Below the pieces are notes generated by a model that was given only the letters and a program-made list of their open reading frames with translations, had not been told where the DNA came from and did not search any database. The position numbers and the translations under genes are program-made. A stretch of DNA of 64,000 bases, taken from contig NW_024704743.1 of the NCBI RefSeq assembly GCF_018977255.1, positions 43,278,001-43,342,000 on the forward strand, read 5' to 3'. This document shows, in pieces, positions 54,375 to 64,000 of this stretch (positions within the stretch are counted from its first letter, which is position 1; the number at the start of each line of letters is the position of its first letter). Source of the stretch: Callorhinchus milii (lineage: Eukaryota).

Positions 54375-54687
54375 GCTTTATGTTATTTCTTTCGGACGAG
54401 ATATTCCTTCGGACTGAGGTCTGTTCAGGCAATCATTAAAGATGCCATTCCTCTATTCAAAAAGGGAAGAGTTTCTCCTAGTGTCCTGGGCCAACAATCC
54501 CCAAATAAAATTGATCACTCAGTCCATGGCTGTTTGTGGAACATGACTGTGCGCAACTGGCTTGCCATGTTATGCCAACAAATACACTATCAAATCACTT
54601 TACAGTATATTCACAAAGTGCTTTGAGGGGTCCCGATGATATGATAAGACGCTGTATCAAATGCAAGAATTATTTTAATTTTATTAT
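54375..54687 (+). mobile_element. Deu-domain SINE, 5'-truncated
   Basis: gagtttctcctagtgtcctggg...ggctgtttgtgga...tatcaaatgcaag. Confidence 0.8.
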
Positions 54688-55144
54688 GGTAGCACTCAGA
54701 TATCGTTTACAATAACAACAACAAGATTTAGACTGCACACTTTAGATATAGTTTCAATCCAGTTCAGACTGATAAAATAAAGAATTATACTTGCATTTGA
54801 TAGAGCGTTCTTTCACGCTGGAAAGACGTCTCAAAGTGCTTCCATAGGATTTACCGTAATGTATAGTCACTATATTTTGTAGTCAAACAGCTGCATTTCA
54901 TCTCTTGAAGACACTTATCCCTGCTGTCCTACAGTTTGAAGGATGTTTGTTTATTTCCAGTACATTACCTGTGTCTCCTCGTGTGTACCCAGATAGTGAG
55001 CAGCATTCGGCTATTTAACTGTGGTGTGGGAAGCAGGGTGGTTGTGTCACACTGAAGTCTTATATTCATACTGCGCGTCTTGTATTGAACCATATCAAGA
55101 ATATGAAGATGTTTCAGAAAATAATGAATGTTGTTATCCTTAAT

Positions 55145-55985
55145 TACCATTCCATCTCCAACCTCCTTTTCCTCTCCAAGGTAGTGGAACGAGTTGTTGC
55201 TCTCCAGCTTTGCTCTTTCCTTTCCCAGAACTCTTTGGATGAACCTCTCCAATCTGGATTCCGAGTTGCCCGGAGTACCGAGAACTGCTTTAGCCAATGT
55301 CACAAATGACATTCTTTCTACCTGTGACCAGGCTCTCTCTGCCTCCTGGTCCTTTTTGACCTCTCTGCCGCCTTTGATACTGTTGACCATTCTTTTCCAC
55401 CACCTTTTCTCTCAACAACAACAAATTACATTTGTATAGCGCTTTTAATGTTGGTAGGATGTCCCAAGGGGCATGACAGTTAGGGATTTGGACTGGAGCT
55501 GGGGAATCTCAGCTCAACCTTCAAATGGTTTAATTCTTACCTCTCCCATCGTCTCCACTTAATATCTGTCAAAGGCTTCTCCTCCAGCGCAGCACTGTCA
55601 TATGCGACAAATCTCAGGGCTCCATCCTCAGTCCTCTATTTAATCTTTACATGCTCCCACTTGGTAATGTCATCCACGTGCTTGGGATTAGCTTCCACAT
55701 GTATTCAAACATCTCTTGCTCTGCCCTTGATTCCAAGACCACTGCTGTCCTGACATATTGCCTGTCAAGTCCTGAATGAAAGTTAACTTTCTCCAGTTGA
55801 ATGCCAAAAAGACAGAAGCTCTTCTAATTAACTCCCATCAGTGCCTTTTCACCTCAGGTGTTGACAGCATCAATCTTCACAGATGCACACTCCATCTCAC
55901 GGTGTCTTGTGCGACTCTCAATTGTCTTTTAAACCCCACATCCGCGCCTTGACCCGTTCAGCTTTTTCCAAAGTCCACAACATAG
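55145..55985 (+). mobile_element. L2 LINE RT-region fragment, degenerate, with nested - strand mini-tail (~55413-55480)
   Basis: ISNLLFLSKVVERVVALQL...PLQSGFR; gacctctctgccgcctttgatactgttgacca (DLSAAFDTVDH). Confidence 0.88.
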
Positions 55986-56500
55986 TTGAGGGTCAAACAA
56001 GATCCCAGGGTTCTGGCTTAGTAAGGTGGAGTGCGCATCCTTGGATAGTGATGCTGTCAGCGCCTGAGGTGCGGAGGCGCAAACGGGAACCAATCAGGAG
56101 AGCCTCAGCCTTGCTGACTTTCAACTGAAGCAAGTTAGCTCTCATCCAGGACTTAATGTCTGACAGACATTCTGTCAGGACAGCAGTGGTCCTGGAGTCA
56201 AGAGTGGAGGCAAAGAGAGTTGGGTGTCATCTGCATACATATGGAAGGAGGGGACCAAGGACAGATCCCTGAGGAACGCAGCACAAGACGCAATTGGCTA
56301 GAGGAGAAACCGTTTGTGTAGCTGAAGTGGAGACAGTGTGAGAGGGAGGATCTGAACCATTCAAGGACAGAGCCTGGAAAGTTGAGGTGAGAGGAGAGGC
56401 GGTGGAGGAGGATAGAGTGGTCAATTGAATCAAAGGCAGCAGTGGTCAAGGAAGACGAGGAGGCAGAGGTTGCAGATGGACAGAATATCATTTGTCAAGA
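55986..56500 (-). mobile_element. L2 LINE RT-region fragment, inverted relative to the adjacent copy
   Basis: AAFDSIDHSILLHRL, VPQGSVLGP and MYADDTQL on the - strand. Confidence 0.88.
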
Positions 56501-57024
56501 GGGAGCGTCTCAAGACGTCATTTTTGACAGGCCGTTCGGTCATCCTCCCATCTTATCTCCTTGCTCTTCACCTCTCAGATCCAATCCCCAGCTCAGGTGC
56601 AAACCCTTGACTGCCCAGCCCCTTGGGCCAACTTCCCAATGTGAAAATGCGATATAAACACAATTTGGTGATGTTCATTTGAAAAGAACTCTGGTAAACC
56701 ATTGCTATAATTGCTTTTGTTTATCAATGGAATCCATTGGGTAGATCTGGAAGGATGTGTTTGAGCTGATGGTTTAGGAGAATTTCCAATCTGAAAAAAA
56801 AATCCTGGAGTGAAATATCACTTAATAAGTACTGTAGCGACTTTGTTAGCTGCTAACTTATGGACTAGACTGCCACCTAGTGCAGTCAATGTGAACTTTG
56901 GAGCAGAATAAAAAGAACAAGAGTCAACGGGGTTACAAGAAGGAGATGAAGATCTGTGAACTGATCATTCTTTCAGAATCCTCGCATTTTGTCACTGCAC
57001 AGGCCTGCAAATTCATTTTAACAT

Positions 57025-57446
57025 GTTTAACATCATCCCGACCTTCATTCAGCTCCACTGGCTTCCCATTCCCCAACACATCGAGTTCAAGGTCCTCATT
57101 CGCATGTTTAAATCTCTCACAGTCTCAACCCACACTACCTACCTCTGCATACCAATGTGGCTATTCCATTTTCTTGGCCGACACTGGCCTACTCCTTGCC
57201 CCACCCTCTCTCTGCCCCACCATCGGCAAGCGGGCTTTCAGCTATGGCATCCACTGCCTTGAACTCCATTTCCAGTTCCCTGCGACTTGTTCCCTCCCAT
57301 CTTTCAAGGTCCACCTCAAAAAGTACCTCTGTGTCCGTGTTTTCAGTCCCCTCCTTATCCCCTCAGCTTCAGTGGACAGCGTGAAATGTCAAGTGGTTTG
57401 GGATTTCCTGCTGTGAAAGGTGCTATATAAATGTAAATTGTATTGT
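57025..57446 (+). mobile_element. L2 3' fragment
   Basis: QLHWLPIPQHIEFKVLI..., tail gtgaaaggtgctatataaatgtaaa. Confidence 0.82.
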
Positions 57447-58674
57447 GTCTCACCCCATCACGTCCCTATTTGATGAGCCATGCAGATTGGTCAACAGTGC
57501 CTTGGAGTACTGCAGACTTGCCTCGCACAATAAATTGCTTTTCTGCTCCACAAAAGGAAAACGCTGCTCTGTGGAACTGAACCCCGAGGACTCTCAATCG
57601 GAACAACTTCCAAAACCCCTGTCTCTAGACTGGCCTTGCAGTCAATGGTTTGGTCGTATTGTGCTGAGCGTGGAGGAGACTCACAAAGTTATGAAAAACA
57701 GTGTAGAGTGGCTTCACATAGTTCACATAAGTGTGTCGTGTCTCACCCCTTTTGTATACCCGTGATGTGTATCTCACCAAGTCTTGCAGAGTGTACTAGG
57801 TGGCCTCTGTGTTCGATCCCTTTCTATGAGTGCAAGTTCCCTAATTTAATGTGTACTTCACTCGTGAGTATTACCACAACGACAAGTTTGGTAATACTCA
57901 ACTGCTGTTTAAATTATGGCAAATTGGGAAGCTTCCCAGTTATGCGAATTATGTCTTTCTGTTATTGCAATGGAACCATAACATTTAAAAAATATTTAGA
58001 AAACAACCAGCAGCAGTCAAGTCAGTGGCAGAAGGATTCACCGACTAAATACCCAGCCACATCACTTTACAATATATCCCATGAGCACTTTGAGATGTCT
58101 TAATGACATACATTAAATACGAGAATTAAATAGGATTATTATTAATTTAGGCCAAAGCAGATCGCAGTGGACCAACATCCAAGTCAATTAGAAGCTAAAT
58201 TTTGACTATGTGGGTAAACAAAACCTATGTATTACTTCCCCATTAGTAATAGCAGCTCTGGAAATGCAGGCATTGTGAAACCTGATGGAAAATTCAATTT
58301 ATGCAATGTGGAATTTATTCTAATTAAAGAAAAAAAACAGCAGCAGCTTAATTGTTCCCAAATCAGCAAGTGAAAATGATTACAGATAGAAAAAAATGGA
58401 GAAGTCACAGCCCGTTATTTGAGAAAATGAATTTAATTAAACGTCTATTTTAACCTTTAAACTTGTATTTTTATTTTGATCTAAATTCATCGTGGAGTGG
58501 GTAATGTGATCCTGACTGCAATTACCGGTTCTAGCAAAATGCAAGGCAGGGTTACTTTATACACTTCCTGCTTGCTGTCATATAATCCTTCTCTCAAGTG
58601 CAAATAGAACATAGGAAGCAAAGGAGATTATTAGCACATAAATGAAGCTGTAATATTTCAGTGAGGTCGGTTCA

Positions 58675-59375
58675 ACAACTATATCTCCTTTCATGTGGGG
58701 TAGCATCTTGGAGTGCTTAACAGTGACAGTGGCTTGATGCCAAGACTGGGAGAGAGGGGAGGTGACCATAGGTAGGTCAAAGAGGAAGGCCTTCAGGTGT
58801 AATCTGAACAACAACAGCAACAACATTACATTTGTATAGTGCCTTTCACTCCAGGGGGACGTCCCAGAGTTCTGGATGATCTGCAGCTTGTGGAAGGAAG
58901 AGTTGTGAAGGCTGACAAGCAGGGCATTGGCATAGTCGAGCCTAGATGTAATGAAGACATGTATGAGGGTTTCGGCAGCCTGAGGGGTGAGGCAGTGGCA
59001 GAGTTGGGCAATGTTGTGGAGGTGGGGGAAGGCAGAGCGGGTCATGGCACAGATGTGGGGGAGAAAGGACAGTTGAGGGTCAAACAAGATGCTCAGGTTC
59101 CTGACTGGCTTGGTGAGGTGGAGTGTGCAACCGTGGATGCTGATGCTGCCAATGCCTGAGGTGCTGAGGCGCTGGTGCGAGCCAATCAGGATGACCTTGG
59201 TTTCGTGACATTCAGCTGTAGAAAGTTTGCTCTCATCCAGGACTTAATGTCAGACAGACATTCTGTCAGCACAGCAGTGGTCCTGGAGTCGAGGGTGGAG
59301 GCAGAGAGATAGAGTTGGGTGTCATCCGCATACATGTGGAAGTTGACCCCATGTCTGCAGATGATGTCACCATAC
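58675..59375 (-). mobile_element. L2 LINE fragment (RT to 3' end, internally deleted or composite)
   Basis: HGVNFHMYADDTQLY, FDPQLSF, AETLIHVFITSRLDYANALL; an extra mini-tail at ~58806-58867. Confidence 0.9.
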
Positions 59376-61879
59376 AATGGGCTATAAGTATGTCAGAGGG
59401 GTAGGGAGGTGCCAGGGCATGAAGTCATTTGTATGTAAGTGTGAGGATCTTGAAATTGATCCATTTTGCAAGAGGGAGCCGGTGGAGCCTGGCAAGGTCT
59501 ATGGGTGATGGGGGAGCAGGACCTAAAGAGGGGAAGGAACAGTGTATGTATGAAAAATAAATTGTCTGTGTTCTCCAGTTCTATTGCCTGTTTTGGTGGA
59601 CATCAAAGATTCCATAAATCTTTTTTAAAAAAGTGTTTCTCCTTGTGTCTTGGCCAATAATCTTCCAGATAAATTTATTATAGACTTAAGGCTGTTTGTA
59701 GAATCTGCTGTGGACAAAATAGCTGCTATGTTTGCTTTCAACTATACAATGACTATGCTGAACAGTAATTACCTTTGAAGCACCGTAAGATGCTTTTAAT
59801 ATCACAGGCACCATATAGTATGTAAGGATTCTAATACTACTAATAATAATAGTAGTAAAAATAAAAGCAGTATCAATGAACAGGTCAGGCTCGGCCTGGA
59901 ATTAACTGGGAGGCTGTAGAACCTGTTGCACCTCCCCACGTAGTACATCCCACAAATAACCTCTCTGACTTTTAGCTAACCACACTTTATTGACAATCCT
60001 CATTGCCATAAATTAACCAATGGTTTTGTTTATGGGAGTTAATAGTTTATTACTTTTATTGTTTATACTTTAATCCTAATAATAATCCTTGCATCTGACA
60101 TATAACCTTTCACATTAGGAGGATATCTCAAGCACTTCACAGGATGTACACTGCACTCCGAGATGTTATGCTACATGAAGGGGGGCTGTATAAATACAAA
60201 TTATTTTTGTTAATTTGTTGTGATGTATCTAATATTACTCAGCTATTGATTTTTCATTATCAATCTAATGATTTTTTACTTAATATTATTTTTAATTTTC
60301 AGATTACATGTTCACACTTTGAATAAGTAAATGAATTCAGACCTTGCTCAGCAAGTGACCTAAATAGATGTACTCAATACACTGAACATGCCTTTCAGCT
60401 TCACTAGAGAACATTAAACTACCAACATAAACATTTATCAAAATTGCAGTGACAGCATAATTAAAGCCAAACTGCAAATCCCAATGGAACATTTTATTAA
60501 ATAGAACTCGGAATTGAATAGGTTTAGAAACCAAATCTATTGGGAAACATTTTCCCAGCTACTGTAGTGTGGAATGCAATGTATTCATGGAATGATATAT
60601 TCAGACAAAATTACATTATTTTGGATCCACATTGTTTTAGTATTTTTGCAACAGTATAAAGAAGAAAAATAACTTCCATTTTTATAGCTCTATATCATTT
60701 TGGAATCTTTCAAAGTGCTTTAGTAATTTTTATGAGGTGTAGTGGATGTTTGTGGGCAAATACAACAGCTGTTTTGCATGCATCAAAGTCATAAGGTGAG
60801 TGACCAATTTATCAGAATAATATTTATTCAGATAGTGTTCACTGCACGATTGAATCTTGCCATCAACTTTCAGCAACTACATCCCAGGAATCTGCCTTGC
60901 CCCCTCCTTACCTATCTTCAAATCACAATCCACGATTGTTTGTGGGACACTTCCGTGCACAATTGGTTGCTACGTTTTGCCTGCAAAATATACAGTCAAT
61001 TCACTTTACAGTATATTCTGTGAAACGCTTTGAAACACCTTGAAGACGAGATAAGGCGCTATATCAAATGCCAGGATTATTATTATTATTATTATTATTA
61101 TTATCTGAAGACCGTTCCCTTCAACCATTCATGGGGTCACCTCCCCCCTCTTCTTCCAGCTTGGTGTCAAGTTCCACCATTTGTAAGCACCCTGAGACAC
61201 TACCCTGTGCGAAGAGCGCGATGTGAATGCAAGTTGTTGTTACAATATCTCTTTCTATAGCCCCAACAGCATTTTGCTTGCCAGGATTTTTTCAAACTTT
61301 TTTGTTTGGTTAGTTGTGTGTCTGAAATGTGGAAGTCCATCACTGTGCTTAAAAGTATCTGAATTAGACAGAGTTCCACATTTGCATGTCATATATGCAT
61401 GGAAGATTATCGTTGGCCCTATTTATTGATTAACCTTCTCCCCATCTTCTCTCTTATCTCCACCTCTGAATCCCTGAGATATACAAAATCGCCTCAAGAT
61501 TTTGGCCCCTAGTGTACCAAAATGCCCAAATATACTCCATCCTCAGGCCAGGTTCCCATCTCTTACTCCTTAATTTTGGATAATATGAATAAGTGGCAAG
61601 GGAAATATTAACTAAGATGATCTTATGGTGACATTTGTACCAGTGGTGCAGATTGCTATCTAAATATTTATTTACTTTACTTATCCAAATTATAAATTAG
61701 CCTACGTCTTGCTAATGGACGTAAAAATACAACACCTTGGGTAAAATAATAGCAACAATCGAACAATTTGCCTTAATTGTAAGCACTATGAGACTTTATT
61801 CTACATGAAGGCCACTATATAAATGCAAATAATATGGCTGTCTCAAAACTAGAAGCGCTAATAATAATCAACAAGATCA

Positions 61880-62790
61880 GCTCAACTACCTCCACTGAGC
61901 CCTAACTTTCTTCATCTCAACGCCAACAAAATTGAGACCATCCTTTTCATCTCCTGCCAGCACATCTTCTCCTTAGACATGGACCATATTAACCTTCCCA
62001 TTTGTTCACCCCAACAAATGTGCAGAACCTCAGCAATTGTTCAACCTCTCAATTCTCCTTTACGCTTTTATCTGGCCATGCTGTAGTCTGTTTTCCTCCA
62101 TCTCCACAACATTGTCCACTTCCTCACCTCCAAAGGAGGAACATCTTTGTTATCTTCCGACTCAACTTCTCCCAATGCTCTGCTTGCCGGACTTCCCAAC
62201 TCCAGCTCATTCAGAAAGCAGATCTTTCTCCACAGCCCGTGTTCTCTTCCTTACAATGCTCTGTGAACCCATCACAACCATTCTTGCCTGACTCTATATC
62301 CCCAGCGAATCAACAAGTTCCTTCTTGTTGGAGTGGGAATTTAGGGAGATTAGGGAAAGGGATAAGGGGATACTGATTAAGAAGGTAGTGGTCAACAATA
62401 CAGCTTTACCTTCAGGTACACCTTCAAAGGTCTTCATTGCCTTGACAAATACTACCGCTGTGTTCTCCTGCAACCCTATCCCCATTTACTCCCTCTGCTT
62501 CATTAACTCTGCCCTGGTTCACACTCTCTCCCCCATCTCTGCCCCACAATCAATGGATGAGCCTTCAGTCACTTTGCTCCTGCACTTAGGAACTTTCATT
62601 CAAAAATCATCCTCTCTAGTTTCAAGACCCTATTTAAAGATCTATTCCTTCAGCTATATCTTTGACCACTAACCCCTTAAACACCCCATCTCCCTCCCAA
62701 CTCAAGCTCCTACTCCCTCTTTGTAAAGTGCATTGAGATGTTTCTGCGACATGAATGGCTGTTGATATGAAAGTGCAAATTGCTGTTTTT
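61880..62790 (+). mobile_element. Highly degenerate L2 fragment
   Basis: ctcaacgccaacaaaattgag, ctccagctcattcagaa, ccttcaaggt-like blocks and a tail gtaaagtgcattgagatg. Confidence 0.55.
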
Positions 62791-63499
62791 GTTACAATAC
62801 TGGTGAACAGATTTGTTTCTGCAAGTTTTGACACAAGTCATTCACTAGAGGGTGATCTCTCCCAACCGTTTATTTTTAAATTAGCTATTTCAAAAATACA
62901 ATAATTCACAACATGCAGGAAATTATCATTTTCAGTTATAATTCAATTTTACATTCCTAGATTTTTATAAAAAAACTATCTCTGTGGGTGCCTCTCTTTA
63001 TCTGCTTGCTCCTGATATTTTGAACCACAGTCTGGCACTCAATTTACTTTAGTAGCTGTGAATTGGGAATGTAAACTATCCTATGCTGTATTTACACAAA
63101 TCTAAACTCTACAATATTATAGTGCTACATTTATTATTCTTTCAACCACAAAGATACAAAAATGTATCATTTGCATTGGAATTTGCAATTCAATCTGAGA
63201 ATCCTAGATTTAGAAAAATTATGGGTGCCTCTCTTTATCTAGATAATCAGACCCTTTTCAATATTTTCCCCTTGCTGATAGATTTCACTCAATCACTATT
63301 CCACTTTTACTGTACAGCCCTCTGAAATGGATTTGCAATCAGGATGGATACAGTCAATTCACTTCACAGTATATTCTGTGGAATGTTTTGCGACATCTCA
63401 ATGACGTGATAAGGCTCTAAATCAAATGCAAGGATTATTATCTTATCAGATAATGCAATTGATCAAGGATGCTTTATGTCACTGAATTGGTGTTTAAAT

Positions 63500-63850
63500 T
63501 GGGAGAGGAGTAGGCCATTCGATCCATTAAGCCTGCCCTGTTGGCAACACTCTATTTAAATTTCGCTGCCTTTGTTCCATTTCTTAATATCTTTACTTAA
63601 CAAATATCTATCTGTCCATCTTCTGAATGCCTCTGCATTTCAGGGAACCTTTTCCATATTCTCACAATTCAATGTGTAAAGAGATTTTGGGGAGTCTTGC
63701 GTTTCACTTCCTTAGCTCCAACTTGATGGTTATGCCCCTTTGTTCTGGGTTTTCCTATGAAAGTAAATTTGTTCACTATTTATCAAATCCCTTAATTATT
63801 TTCAACCTCAATTGAATCACCCCTCAGCTTTCTGAACTCCAGGTTACTCA
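63500..63850 (-). mobile_element. CR1 3' fragment, degenerate
   Basis: ggagtaggccattcg...tatgcccctttgttctgg; reverse complement resembles 47453-47790. Confidence 0.65.
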
Positions 63851-64000
63851 GCTTAGTATTTGCCCTGTACAAAGACCACAATACAAGTGTCTGCCTGTTC
63901 AACTCAAACTACTTAGTATGGATTGAGAATAAAAAATGTAATTTTGTAAACTTCATGGGAAAAGCAATATACTTAATGCAGGTATAGGTTTAAAACCTTT

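Noticed and set aside
56898..64000. A neighbouring gene downstream of PHLPP1
   Set aside because: No exon-like ORF with recognisable homology; the ORFs are repeat-derived or random. A small exon could have been missed.

Overview
This is eukaryotic genomic DNA from a vertebrate, most likely a cartilaginous fish. The SINE/L2/CR1 repertoire points to a holocephalan (chimaera or elephant shark); that assignment is inference. The window holds 16 consecutive coding exons of PHLPP1 on the + strand (19323-53342, numbered 2-17 by analogy with human). They encode the PH domain, the leucine-rich repeats, the PP2C-like domain and the C-terminal PDZ ligand DTPL. I checked every boundary by hand: all introns are GT-AG, all phases match, and the exons total 3557 nt with no internal stop. 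The first coding exon lies upstream of the window. A ~0.9 kb 3' UTR ends near AATAAA at 54242. The rest is intronic or intergenic DNA rich in tRNA-derived SINEs, L2 and CR1 LINE fragments, a small TIR element and simple repeats, which explain most spurious ORFs. I found no clear new multi-gene system. The best leads are ~60-bp L2 tail-only insertions that start at the base of a covarying stem-loop, an inverted SINE pair bracketing an in-frame exon 14-15 cassette, an unclassified ~200-bp inverted repeat around exon 2, and a degenerate PP2C active site. Repeat boundaries are approximate and family names come from recall, not from a database search.
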